In this document: positions 12,369 through 23,441 of the stretch, piece by piece
How the letters are laid out: each line of letters opens with the position of its first letter
Numbering within the stretch: the first letter of the stretch is position 1
Position numbers and translations under genes: made by a program
Assembly: GCA_963751275.1 (NCBI GenBank)
Contig: CAVVTZ010000009.1
Span: 160,001 to 224,000, forward strand
DNA from: an uncultured Gemmatimonadaceae bacterium
GTDB taxonomy: Bacteria; Gemmatimonadota; Gemmatimonadetes; Gemmatimonadales; Gemmatimonadaceae
Reading direction: 5' to 3'
Length of the DNA stretch: 64,000 nucleotides
Notes under the pieces: model-generated
The model's input: the letters and a program-made list of their open reading frames with translations, nothing else
The model's database searches: none
Told to the model about the DNA's origin: nothing

Positions 12369-14798
12369 GTGGACACTCTCTGGCAGGACATCCGCTACGC
12401 AGTACGGCAGTTGGCGAAATACCGGCATTTCACGATCGCCGCGCTGCTCGTGCTCGGGCTCGGCATCGGCGCGAACGCCACGATATTCGGGCTGATGCAG
12501 GGGATGCTGTATCGTCCGCTGCCGGGCGTCGCGCACTCGGAGCGCCTGGTGGATTACACCGAGAACGTCGTGTCGTATCCGGAGTACCACGATCTGCACG
12601 CTGACACGCGCAGTCTGATCGAACTCGCCGGCGCAAGCGGCCGCAGCATGACGCTCTCGGGCGACGGACGTGCGACGCTCGTATCCACGCAGGTCGTCAG
12701 TGGGAATTTCTTTGATGTGGTGGGCGTGCGCGCCGAGCTCGGCCGCGTGCTTGCGCCGAGTGATGATGTTCCGGGCGCGGCGCCGGTCGCGGTGCTCAGC
12801 GGCGCTTACTGGCGGCGCGAGTTCGGCGGCGACAAGGGCGTGATCGGCCGCACCGTGTTGCTCAATGACCGCCCGGTGATGATCGTTGGCGTAGCCGCGC
12901 CTGATTTCCGCGGCCTCTGGCTCGAGAGTTCGCCGTCATTCTGGTTGCCGATATCGGCGTGGCCCGGTCTCGTGCCCACCAACATGGCGCGCCTCGATCT
13001 GAACGGCCGCAACTGGAGCTGGATCAGAGTGTTCGGCCGGCTCGCTCCGGGCGCAACCGTGGCGCAGGCCGCCGCGGCGATGTCGGCGTCGTTCGAGCGG
13101 CAGCGTCTGACGTACGCGCCGGGCGAGAAGCCGCAGGACGCGGTGGTGCTGCAATCATCGGTGGAGGCGTTCGCCGGCCTCTCGCATTCCACGATCGCGC
13201 GATTCACCGGCGTGCTCATGGGCGTCGTGGGGATCGTGCTGCTGCTCATCTGCGCGAATGTCGCGAATCTGCTGCTCGCGCGCGGCGCAGCGCGCCGCCG
13301 CGAAGTGGGAGTGCGATTGGCGCTCGGCGCGACCCGGGCGCGGCTCATGCGGCAGCTGTTCACCGAGAGCGCCGTGCTCGCCGCGGCCGCCGTGGTGGTG
13401 GCGTTCGGCATCGCGAGCCTGGCCGGTGACGCGCTCGGCCGCATGAGCTTCAGCGGCACATCGTTCTCCGGACTCAACATCGCGCCGGACTGGCTGACGA
13501 TCGTCTTCATGGCCGCGCTGGCGTTGGGCGCGACGCTCATCTTCGGACTCGCACCGGCGCGGCAGACGCTCGCCGTGGATCTCACGCCCGCGCTCCGCGA
13601 CGGTACTGCCGGCGCCGGAGAGCGGCGCACGCGGCTCCGCGGTGTGCTGCTCGCGTCGCAGGTGGCGCTCAGTCTCGTGCTGCTCATTGGCGCCGGACTG
13701 TTCACGCGGGGGCTGCAGCGCGCGCTCACCATCGATCCGGGCTTCGCCGTGGGTCATGTCGCGGTGGCCGCGGTGAACATGGGGCTCTCGCACTATGATG
13801 CGGCGCGCGCCACGGCCTATTACCGGCAGGCCAACGACCGCCTCTCGCAAACGAAGGGCGTGGCCGCGTTCGCGTGGGCAACAGACACGCCGCTCAGCGA
13901 CGGCATGGACAAGGAATCGTTCCGGATCCCGGGTTACACTCCGGCGGCGGACGAGCGCATGAGCGTGGAGAACGGCGCTGTGAGTGCTGGCTATTTCTCC
14001 GTGTTGCGCGTGCCGCTGGTGGTGGGGCGCGAGTTCGACGCGCACGACACGCCGGAGAGCGCGCCAGTGGTCGTGGTGAACCAGACGATGGCCACGCGGT
14101 ACTGGCCCAATGGCGCGGTCGGCCAGCAGGTCGAGATCCACGGCCAACTCGCCTCGGTCGTGGGCGTCGTGAAGGACGTGAAATACCATGGCCTTCGCGA
14201 GAAGCCGCGCCCGTATCTCTACGCATCCATGGAGCAGCATGTGGCCAATGTGGGCGTGGGCGATGTCGTGCTGCTCGCGCGTACACCCGGTGATCCGACT
14301 GCCGCCGAGCCGGTGATCCGCGCGGCGCTCATCGGTGCCGATCCGCACGTGACGCCGTTTGGCTTTGGCACGCTCAGCGACAAGCTCGGCGAAGTGCTCT
14401 TCCCGCAGCGCGCCGGCGCGTTCACGCTCGGGGCGTTTAGTATTCTCGCGCTCATCGTCGCACTCGTCGGCGTGCACGGCGTGGTGAGCTACGCTGTGAG
14501 CCGCCGCACGCGCGAGATCGGCATCCGCGTCGCGCTCGGCGCGCGCGGCGACCGCGTGGTCAACGAACTCGTGCGCGAGCACGTGCCATACATCGCCGCC
14601 GGCGTCGTCGCGGGGCTCGCCCTGTCCGCCGCCGGCACCCGCGCGCTCGCCAGTTTCCTCTATGGCGTGAGCTCCACCGATCTCCCCACGTTCGCCGGCG
14701 CGTCGCTCGCGCTGGCGGTCGCCGCCCTCCTCGCGGCCGCGATCCCCGCGCGCCGCGCCGCCAAAGTCGATCCCATGGTCGCCCTGAGGTACGAGTAG
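12369..14798 (+). CDS. ADOP-type ABC permease 4
   Basis: MDTLWQDIRY...ICANVANL...DPMVALRYE; 809 aa, intact. Confidence 0.92.
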   Translation: MDTLWQDIRYAVRQLAKYRHFTIAALLVLGLGIGANATIFGLMQGMLYRPLPGVAHSERLVDYTENVVSYPEYHDLHADTRSLIELAGASGRSMTLSGDGRATLVSTQVVSGNFFDVVGVRAELGRVLAPSDDVPGAAPVAVLSGAYWRREFGGDKGVIGRTVLLNDRPVMIVGVAAPDFRGLWLESSPSFWLPISAWPGLVPTNMARLDLNGRNWSWIRVFGRLAPGATVAQAAAAMSASFERQRLTYAPGEKPQDAVVLQSSVEAFAGLSHSTIARFTGVLMGVVGIVLLLICANVANLLLARGAARRREVGVRLALGATRARLMRQLFTESAVLAAAAVVVAFGIASLAGDALGRMSFSGTSFSGLNIAPDWLTIVFMAALALGATLIFGLAPARQTLAVDLTPALRDGTAGAGERRTRLRGVLLASQVALSLVLLIGAGLFTRGLQRALTIDPGFAVGHVAVAAVNMGLSHYDAARATAYYRQANDRLSQTKGVAAFAWATDTPLSDGMDKESFRIPGYTPAADERMSVENGAVSAGYFSVLRVPLVVGREFDAHDTPESAPVVVVNQTMATRYWPNGAVGQQVEIHGQLASVVGVVKDVKYHGLREKPRPYLYASMEQHVANVGVGDVVLLARTPGDPTAAEPVIRAALIGADPHVTPFGFGTLSDKLGEVLFPQRAGAFTLGAFSILALIVALVGVHGVVSYAVSRRTREIGIRVALGARGDRVVNELVREHVPYIAAGVVAGLALSAAGTRALASFLYGVSSTDLPTFAGASLALAVAALLAAAIPARRAAKVDPMVALRYE

Positions 14799-15470
14799 AT
14801 GATCTCGCTCAAGAGCATCGAGAAGAGTTACCCCATTTCCGGCGGACAGGTGTACGTCCTCCGGCACATCACGCTCGACATCAAGAAGGGCGAGTTCGTG
14901 ACCATCATGGGCCCGTCGGGGGCGGGGAAGAGCACGCTGCTCTCCGTGCTCGGCATGCTCGACGGCGCATGGACCGGCGAGTACCAGCTCATGGAGCACG
15001 CCGTGCACAAGCTGGATCCCAAGCGCCGCGTGGCGCTGCACAAGCAGTACGTGGGCTTCGTCTTCCAGCAGTATCACCTGCTGGACGATCTCACCGTGGC
15101 GGAGAACCTCGACCTGCCGCTCTCGTACCGCGACATCAAGAAGACCGAGCGCCAGGCCGTGGTGGCCGACACGCTCGACCGTTTCGGCATCGTCGCCAAG
15201 AAGGATCTCTATCCCACGCAGCTCTCCGGCGGGCAGCAGCAGCTGGTGGCCGTCGCGCGCGCGGTGATCCACCAGCCCGCGCTCATCCTCGCGGACGAGC
15301 CCACCGGCAACCTGCATTCGGCGCAGGGGCGCGAGATCATGCAGCTGTTCAAGACGCTCAATGCGCAGGGCACCACGATCATCCAGGTCACGCACTCTGA
15401 AGAGAACGCGACCTACGGCCACCGGATCATCCGGCTCAAGGATGGCTGGCTGGACAAGGAGGCGTCATGA
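14799..15470 (+). CDS. ABC transporter ATP-binding protein 2
   Basis: [24 protein letters not shown]. Confidence 0.95.
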   Translation: MISLKSIEKSYPISGGQVYVLRHITLDIKKGEFVTIMGPSGAGKSTLLSVLGMLDGAWTGEYQLMEHAVHKLDPKRRVALHKQYVGFVFQQYHLLDDLTVAENLDLPLSYRDIKKTERQAVVADTLDRFGIVAKKDLYPTQLSGGQQQLVAVARAVIHQPALILADEPTGNLHSAQGREIMQLFKTLNAQGTTIIQVTHSEENATYGHRIIRLKDGWLDKEAS

Positions 15471-17873
15471 GTGAGATCAAGCTCGCCTTCCGGCGCCTGA
15501 TCAAGGCCCCGCTCTTCACTGGCGTGGCGGTGCTGACGCTCGCGCTCGGCATCGGCGCGAACAGCGCGGTGTTCTCCGTGGTGAATGCGGTGCTCCTCCG
15601 GCCGCTGCCGTATCCCGACGAAGGGCGGCTCATGATGCTGTATCCGCATGACGCCGACGGAGAAGAGACCTTCTCGCCCGCGGACTTCGTACGATTCGAA
15701 CGCGACAGCCGGCTCGTGTCGCCGGTGGCCGCGATGCGCGAGTGGACGTTCAACGTCGGCACGGGCGGTCGGCCCGAGAAGGCGGACGGCGCGATCGTGA
15801 CCGCGGGATTCTTCAAGACGCTGGGCGTTTCGCCCGAGCTCGGCCGGTGGCCCGAGGAAACGAGCCCGGGCCGCCTCAACACGGGTGAAGTCGTGATCGG
15901 GGATGGCTACTGGCGCACGAGCCTCGGCGGCCGGCCCGACATCCTCGGCACGGTGATCGATCTCAACGGAGAGCCCGTGGCGGTAGTGGGCGTGATGCCG
16001 CCCGGTTACGATGTGCCGGTGGGCGCGGAGATCTGGCGGCCGTCGCCGTTCGCGGTGCCTCCCACTCCACTGCGGCCGACCGAGGATGTCTCCACCGAGA
16101 CGGACACGCATTATTTCGAGGCGATCGGACGCGTGCGATCGGATGTATCCGTCGAGGCGGCGCACGCCGAAGCGAGCGCGATCGTGAGTCGCAACGCGCG
16201 GATCGAGAACGGGAAGCCGGAATTCGATGGGGCGTCGCTGATCACGATCCACGAGGACCGGGTGGGTGAGAGCCGATCCGCGCTGCTGCTGCTCCTCGGC
16301 GCGGCGGGGGTGCTCTTGCTCATCGCGAGCGTGAATCTCGCGAACCTGTTGCTCGCCCGCGCTGCGGCGCGGTCGCGCGAATGGCTCGTGCGCTCCGCGC
16401 TCGGGGCCGGCCGCTGGCAATTGGCCAAGGAGCAACTCATCGAGAGCGTGATGCTCGCGGTGTTCGGCGGCGGGGCCGGACTGCTCATCGCGACGTGGGG
16501 CGTGGCCTCGCTGCGTTCGCTCGCTCCCTTCGACCTGCAGTCGCTCATCGATCCCGCGCCCGATTGGCGCGTGGTGGGTTTCACGATGGCGGTCGCGATC
16601 GCGACCGGCATCGCGTTCGGGGTGGGTCCGGCGCTGCAGACCGGGCGCGGGGATCTGGCGGCCGGCATGCGCGAGGGCGGGCGCGGCGCGGTGGATTCGC
16701 GCGCGCGGCGCCGCGTGCGGGATACGCTCGCCGTGAGTGAAGTGGCGCTCGCCTGCGTGCTCGCGGTGGGGGCCGGCCTGCTCGTGAAAGCCTTCGTGTC
16801 CGTCCAGAATGTGAGCGAAGGATTCGAGACGCGCGGCGTGGTGACGATGGCGCTGACCCTCCCGCAGGTGAAGTATCCCGACGGTGAGCGGCGCGCCGCG
16901 TTCGTGGATCAGGTTGTGCCGGCGATCGCGGCGCTGCCGCAGGTCACGTCGGTGGGCGTGATCAGCCGGCTGCCGTTGAATCCGGGAGCCAGCCGCAGCG
17001 ACCTGAAGATCGAGGGACGCCAACAGCGTCCGGACGATCCGAATCCCGACTATCTGGTCGCGTCGCCGGGCTATTTCAAGGCGCTCTCGATCCCGATCAT
17101 CCGCGGGCGCGACTTCGATCCACGCGACCGGCTGAACGCGCCGCAGGTCGCGATCGTGACCGCGAGCACCGCGCAGCGATTCTGGGGGACGACGGATGTG
17201 CTCGGCCAGCGCATCCAGATCCGCGACGACCGGTGGCGCACGATCGTGGGGGTCGTGGCCGATGTGCGCCAGCACGAGCTCGACCGCAAGCCGATGCCGG
17301 GGGTGTACCTCCCGTATGATCAGGACGCGTGGGCGAATTTCACGCTCGCGGTGCGCGGCCCCGGCAATGCCGCGGCGATGACCGGATCCATCGAGCGCGC
17401 GATCCACGCGCTGGATGCCGACCAGGCGGTGTACGCGGTGCGCACCATGGATGAAGTCGTTGCGCGCTCACTCGCGGCGCGCCGCTTCACCCTGATGCTC
17501 GATCTCGCTGTTCACGGCGGTCGCGCTCTTGCTCGCGGCGGTGGGCGTCTATGGCGTGATCGCCTATGGCGTCGCCCAGCGGACGCGCGAGATGGGCGTT
17601 CGCGTCGCGCTCGGGGCGCTCCCGCGCGATGTCGTGCGCCTCGTCGTGCGCGACGGCATGCTCGTGGCGGGCGCGGGCGTGGCGGCGGGGCTGCTCATCG
17701 CGCTCGCGCTCGCGCCAGTGCTCAAGGCGATGCTGTATGCGGTGCAGCCGCGCGATCCGGCCACCTTCCTCGCGGTGGGCGGCATGGTGGCGGCAGTGGC
17801 GCTGCTGGCGAGCTGGATCCCCGCGCGCCGGGCGGCGCGCGTGGACCCGCTGGAGGCGCTGCGCGAGGAGTGA
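15467..17873 (+). CDS. ADOP-type ABC permease 5 (frameshift ~17500)
   Basis: LALGIGANSA...; C-terminus in ORF 17529..17873 ending DPLEALREE. Confidence 0.87.
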
Positions 17874-17906
17874 CGCTCCGCCCTCGCGGGCGATAATCTT
17901 AGCATC

Positions 17907-19268
17907 ATGCGCCACGCCTCCGCCCGCCTGCTCGTCGCCGACGACGCGCGCGACATCCTCGATGCCCTCGAACTGCTCTTCCGCAGCGAAGGCTACGAGG
18001 TATCCACCGTCGCCAGCCCCGGGGCCGTGCTCGCCGCGGTGGAGGAGCGCGACTACGACGCGCTGCTGATGGACATGAACTACATGCGTGACACCACCGG
18101 CGGCACGGAGGGGCTCGATCTCCTCTCGCGCCTGCAGCAGCTCGACGCCACGCTGCCGGTGGTCGTCATGACGGCGTGGGGCTCGATCGAGGGCGCCGTG
18201 GAAGCGCTGCGCCGCGGTGCGCGCGACTACATCGAGAAGCCCTTCGACAACGAGCGCCTCCTCCAGGTGCTGCGCACCCAGGTGGAACTCGGCCGCGCGA
18301 TTCGCCGCAGCCAGCGCCTCGAGAGCGAGAATCTCGCGCTTCGCCCCGTGGGCGCGCCACAGCTCATCGCCGAGTCGGCGGCGATGCAGCCGGTTCTGCG
18401 GATGATGGAGAAGATCGGGCCGTCGGACGCGAACGCGCTCATCACCGGCGAGCACGGCACGGGCAAGGAAGTGATCGCCAACTGGCTGCACGCCGCGTCG
18501 CCGCGCGCGGTGCGCGCGATGGTGACGGTGAACCTCGGCGGGCTCGCCGAGGGCGTGTTCGAGAGCGAGATGTTCGGGCACCAGAAGGGTTCGTTCACCG
18601 ATGCGAAGGCCGATCGCGTGGGGCGATTCGAACTGGCCGACCTCGGCACGTTGTTCCTGGATGAGATCGCGAACCTGTCGCTCACGCAGCAGGCGAAACT
18701 ACTGCGCGTGCTGCAGGCGGGGGAATTCGAGCGCGTGGGCTCGAGCAAGACGCGGCGCGTGGACGTGCGCATCATCGCGGCGACCAACGCCGACCTGCGC
18801 GCCGAGGTGGCCGCGGGGCGCTTCCGTGAGGATCTCTTCTTCCGCTTGAACACGGTGGAATTGCACCTGCCGCCGCTGCGCGACCGGCGCGAGGACATCC
18901 CGCTGCTCGCGTCGTTCTTCCTGCGGCAGGCGGCGTCGCGCTATCGTAGCGCCGTGACGTCCATCGATCCGGAAGCGATGCGCGCGCTGCTGGCGTACGG
19001 ATGGCCGGGGAACGTGCGCGAGCTGGGCCACGCGATCGAACGCGCGACGCTGCTGGCCACGACCGACCGGATCACGACGGCGGAGCTGAATTTCCGCCCG
19101 ATGACCGACGCGAGCCCGCGGCTGGACGAGATGAGCCTCGAGGAGGTGGAGCGCGTGCTCATCACCAAGGCGCTCGCGCGCCACGACGGGAACGTGACGC
19201 TCGCCGCGCGCGCGCTGGGTTTGTCGCGCAGCGCGCTCTACCGGCGGCTGCAGCGCCACGGGCTGTAG
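17907..19268 (+). CDS. sigma54-dependent response regulator (REC-AAA+-Fis HTH)
   Basis: LVADD receiver, GEHGTGKE, GSFTDA loop, LFLDEI, WPGNVREL, C-terminal HTH. Confidence 0.95.
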   Translation: MRHASARLLVADDARDILDALELLFRSEGYEVSTVASPGAVLAAVEERDYDALLMDMNYMRDTTGGTEGLDLLSRLQQLDATLPVVVMTAWGSIEGAVEALRRGARDYIEKPFDNERLLQVLRTQVELGRAIRRSQRLESENLALRPVGAPQLIAESAAMQPVLRMMEKIGPSDANALITGEHGTGKEVIANWLHAASPRAVRAMVTVNLGGLAEGVFESEMFGHQKGSFTDAKADRVGRFELADLGTLFLDEIANLSLTQQAKLLRVLQAGEFERVGSSKTRRVDVRIIAATNADLRAEVAAGRFREDLFFRLNTVELHLPPLRDRREDIPLLASFFLRQAASRYRSAVTSIDPEAMRALLAYGWPGNVRELGHAIERATLLATTDRITTAELNFRPMTDASPRLDEMSLEEVERVLITKALARHDGNVTLAARALGLSRSALYRRLQRHGL

Positions 19269-19276
19269 CGCCCCGC

Positions 19277-20590
19277 ATGGCGGGCAGCCACGAACGCAGC
19301 GTCACCATCATCGCCGTCGCGACGAGCTTCCCCGCGCTCGCGCTCGGCCTGATCCTGCTGTGGACCGGCGACTTCGCGTCGCGCACGCAGTGGACGCTCA
19401 CGATCATCGTGCTGCTCACCTTCGGCGGCGGCCTCCTGGCGCTTCGCGAACGCGTCGTGCGCCCGCTGCAGACCTTGAGCAACATGCTCGCCGCCATCCG
19501 CGAGCAGGACTACTCGCTGCGCGCGCGGCGCGCGAACGCGGACGATGCACTCGGTCTCGCGATGCTCGAGCTGAACTCGCTCATGGCCGAACTGCGCTCG
19601 CGGCGCCTGGGCGCGCTGGAGGCCACCGCGCTGCTGCGTCGCGTGATGGAGGAAGTGGACGTCGCCGTGCTCGCGTTCGACGACGCGGGCGCGCTGCGGT
19701 TGGTGAACGCCGCCGGCGAGCGGATCCTCGAGCAACCGAGCGAGCGCTTGCTGGGGAAACGCGCCGAGGATCTCGGATTGACCGAAGCACTGTCCGGCGA
19801 CGCGCCGCGCGTGCTCGATCTCGCGCTGGGCGGGAAGCCCGGCCGCTGGGAAGTGCGGAAAGGCAATTTCCGCCAGGACGGCAAACCGCACACGTTCGTA
19901 TTATTGGCCGACGTGAGCCGCGCGCTGCGCGAGGAGGAACGCCTCGCGTGGCAGCGCCTCATCCGCGTGCTCGGCCACGAGATCAATAATTCCGTGACCC
20001 CGATCAATTCACTCGCGGAACGCCTGGGGCAACTGCTCGGCCGCTCGCCGCCGGAGGGAGAACTGCGCGAGGATCTGAAGAAGGGACTCGCGGTGATCTC
20101 GAGTCGCTCGCAGGGGTTGAGCCGATTCCTCGCGAGCTACACGAGACTCGCGAAGCTGCCGCCGCCGCGCCTCGCGCCGGTGAAGGTCGACGCCTGGGTG
20201 CAGCGCGTTGTGCGCCTCGAGACGCGCCTGCCCGTGGCGGTCGAAGCGGGTCCCTCGATGACCTTGAACGCCGACGGCGATCAGCTCGATCAGCTCTTGA
20301 TCAACTTGATCGCGAACGCCGTCGACGCCGCCCAAAGCACCGGCGGCGGCGTGCGCGTGCGCTGGACGCGCATCGACGGTCAATTCCAGCTGAGCGTGCT
20401 CGACGACGGCCCGGGCCTCCCGAAATCGGCGAATCTGTTCGTCCCATTCTTCACGACGAAACCGGGCGGCACGGGCATCGGCCTCGTCTTGTCGAGGCAG
20501 ATCGCGGAGGCGCATGGCGGCATCGTGACGCTCACAAACCGGCCGGACGCGAAGGGCTGTGAGGCGCGACTGACGCTACCGCTGAACTGA
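19277..20590 (+). CDS. Membrane sensor histidine kinase (NtrY-like)
   Basis: Two TMs, PAS-like region, HEINN H-box, N box, DDGPG, PFFTTKPGGTGIGL. Confidence 0.92.
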   Translation: MAGSHERSVTIIAVATSFPALALGLILLWTGDFASRTQWTLTIIVLLTFGGGLLALRERVVRPLQTLSNMLAAIREQDYSLRARRANADDALGLAMLELNSLMAELRSRRLGALEATALLRRVMEEVDVAVLAFDDAGALRLVNAAGERILEQPSERLLGKRAEDLGLTEALSGDAPRVLDLALGGKPGRWEVRKGNFRQDGKPHTFVLLADVSRALREEERLAWQRLIRVLGHEINNSVTPINSLAERLGQLLGRSPPEGELREDLKKGLAVISSRSQGLSRFLASYTRLAKLPPPRLAPVKVDAWVQRVVRLETRLPVAVEAGPSMTLNADGDQLDQLLINLIANAVDAAQSTGGGVRVRWTRIDGQFQLSVLDDGPGLPKSANLFVPFFTTKPGGTGIGLVLSRQIAEAHGGIVTLTNRPDAKGCEARLTLPLN

Positions 20591-20602
20591 ACCGCTTGAG
20601 AA

Positions 20603-20729
20603 GGGGAAACGGGCAACGGGAGCGAGTAGGAACTGGGAGCCGCTTTCTGTGGACTGTCGACTGTAGACTGTCGACTGGTGTTGACTGGATCACTGTCTAC
20701 TGTTGACTGCAATTCTAAGCGAGCAGGTG
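20603..20729 (+). repeat. Heptamer-period dispersed repeat, copy 1
   Basis: (gggaaac)n + gggagcgagtaggaac...ccgctttctgtg + (gactgtn)n + gagcaggtg; matches 25925-26056. Confidence 0.85.
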
Positions 20730-20758
20730 ATGGCTCGTAGTGCGTAGTTCCGCCGCCA

Positions 20759-20774
20759 CGGCACAGGGTATGCA
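20759..20774 (+). promoter_or_regulatory. Second sigma54-like promoter
   Basis: cGGCACagggtatGCa with GG-N10-GC spacing, upstream of permeases 6-7. Confidence 0.5.
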
Positions 20775-20986
20775 CTAGAGAGAGCCATGCGCCTCCCCCC
20801 TCTCTCCGCCCTCGCCACCCTTCTCCACCTGTCCGCTTCCGGGATGCACCGTCCGCCAGCGAACAGCAACCTCCTGAAGCCAACCATCTACTCCCCCAGC
20901 CTGTCCAACCGGCGGCCGGAGCAGTCCCCGCGCGGCGAATCCTGTCTCGAATCGCACGAGCCCGACCCCGTCCACGAGGTGGCCCA

Positions 20987-23441
20987 GTGAACAATCTCCT
21001 GTTCGACCTGAAATACTCCCTCCGTCGCCTCGTAAAATCGCCCGTCTTCTCCGCCATCATCATCCTCACCCTCGCGCTCGGGATCGGCGCCAACACCGCG
21101 ATCTTCTCGGTCGTGAACACGGTGCTGCTGACGCCGGCGCCCTACCGTGAGCCCGATAAACTCGTCGAAGTCTTCCACTGGTACGAGAACCTCAAACTCC
21201 ACGCCGGCGTCTCCGCCCCGGGCTTCCATGCCTACCGCGATGAGACGCACGACTTCGACGCTGTTGCCGTCACCACCGGCTGGGGCGCGAACCTCACCGG
21301 CGTCGGCGATCCGCAGCGCATCACCGGCATCCGCGCCAGCGGCGACTTCTGGAAAGTGCTCGGCGTTCCCCCCGCCCTCGGCCGCGTCTTCGGGCGCGAT
21401 GAAGATGAAGTGGGCAAGGAACACGTCGTCGTCCTGAGCGATGGCATCTGGAAGCGCATCTTCGGCGGCGATCCCGCCATCGTCGGCAAGAACATTCTCG
21501 ATCAACGGCGAGGCGTTCACCGTCGTCGCCGTCATGCCCCCCGGCTTCGTCGATCCGTGGACCCGCAACGCCGAGGTCTGGCGTCCGCTCGCGCTGCCGT
21601 CCTCCACGTTCGTGCCCGCGAACTTCACGAATGAATTCATGAAGCTCATCGCACGCGTGAAGCCTGGTATCACAGTGGAACAGGCGAACCGCGACATGGG
21701 GGCCTTCGCCGCCGACTTGAGGAAGCGCTATCCCGACCAATTCGGCCCCGACTGGACGCTCAAGGCCACGACCTACGCGGAGGCGACCACCGGCAACGTG
21801 CGCACGCCGCTGCTCTGGCTGCTCGGCGCCGTGGGCGTCGTGCTCCTCATCGCGTGCGCCAACGTCGCGAACATGTTCCTCGCGCGCGCGGCCGGCCGCC
21901 AGCGTGAAGTGGCCGTGCGCACGGCGCTCGGCGCCGAGCGTTGGGCGCTGATCCGGCAGTTCCTGGTGGAGAGCGTGATGCTCTCGGTGGCGGGCGGCGC
22001 GCTCGGCCTGTTCGTGGCGGACAGCGCGCTGCGTGCGCTGGTGGCGCTGAATCCCGCGAGCATTCCGGGCGCGGCGATGCTGCACATGGATGGCACCGTA
22101 GTGATGTTCACGGCGCTCATCGCCGTGGCCACCGGCGTGATCTTCGGCCTCGCGCCGGCGCTGCACGCGTCGGCCGGCGATCTGCATTCATCGCTCAAGG
22201 AAGGGGGACGCACCGGCACCGCCGACAAGAAGGGGCAGCTCGTGCGCCGCTCGCTCGTGGTGTCGGAAATGGCGATGGCCGTCGTCCTGTGTTTCGGCGG
22301 CGGCCTGATGATCAAGAGCTTCGCCAAGCTCGCGAACGTGGACCCGGGCTTCGATCCGCACAACGTGCTCACCTTCACGATCTCGCTCCCCAAGACGCAG
22401 TACCCGAACGACACGGCGCAGCGCGCCTTCATGGCACGCGTGGTGCCGCGCATCGCCGAGGTGCCGGGCGTGCTCGCGTCGGGCATCACGTCGGTACTGC
22501 CGTTCAGCGGCGACTGGGCCACCGGGAGCTTCAACGTGGAAGGCTACACGCCGCCGCCCAAGCAGAATTCGCCGTGGGGCGACCTGCGCAACATCTCGCC
22601 GGGCTTCCTCATCGCGATGAAAGTGCCGCTGCTCGCCGGGCGCATGTTCGACGCGCGCGATACGCACGCGGCGCCGCAGGTGTGCATCGTGGACGACGAA
22701 TTCATCCACAAGTACTACGGCAAGGACGCGACGCCGGCCTCGGCGCTCGGGAAGCGGATCTTCTTCGAGAATCTGCCGGTCACCGACTCCACGCACTTCA
22801 TCACCATCGTCGGCGTCGTCGGCCACACCAAGCATGAGGGTCTCGATGCCGATCCGCGCGTGCAGGTCTATTTCCCGGTGGACCAGCAGAGCTTCAACTT
22901 CAATTTCATGTACGTGATCGCGCGCACCGCCGGCGACCCGATGCGCTCGGTGAACGCCGTGCGCAGCGCCGTGCTGGACGTGGACCACAACCTGCCGATC
23001 GCGCAGGTGAACAATCTCGAGCAGCTCGTGAACGACTCGATGGGGCGCCGGAAGATCGCGGCGGTGCTGCTGGGCGTCTTCTCGTCGCTCGCGCTGCTGC
23101 TCGCCTCGCTGGGCATCTACGGTGTGATGAGTTACGCGGTGGCGCAGCGCACGCGGGAGATCGGCGTGCGCGTGGCGCTCGGCGCGAGCCGCGCGCAGGT
23201 GCTGCAGCTGATCGTGGGGCAGGGCGCCGCGCTCGCGATCATCGGCGGCGTCGCCGGCATCGCCGGCGCGCTCACGGGCGCGTGGGTCCTGCGTTCGCAG
23301 TTGTACGCCGTGCAGTGGTGGGATCCGGGGACGCTGGTGTCCATCGTCGTCCTGCTCGCCGGCGCGGTCATCGTGGCGTCCGTCATTCCCGCGCTGCGCG
23401 CGGCGGGCATTCATCCGACTGAAGCGCTGCGAGAGGAATAG
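20987..23441 (+). CDS. ADOP-type ABC permease 6 (frameshift ~21495)
   Basis: MNNLLFDLKYSLR...; continues in ORF 21441..23441 ending EALREE. Confidence 0.87.

Noticed and set aside
7512..23441. Frameshifts in four permeases as programmed frameshifting or pseudogenisation
   Set aside because: Isolated single-base indels without slippery motifs or in-frame stops; the same occurs in aceA and other genes, so sequencing error is more likely. Needs a read pileup.
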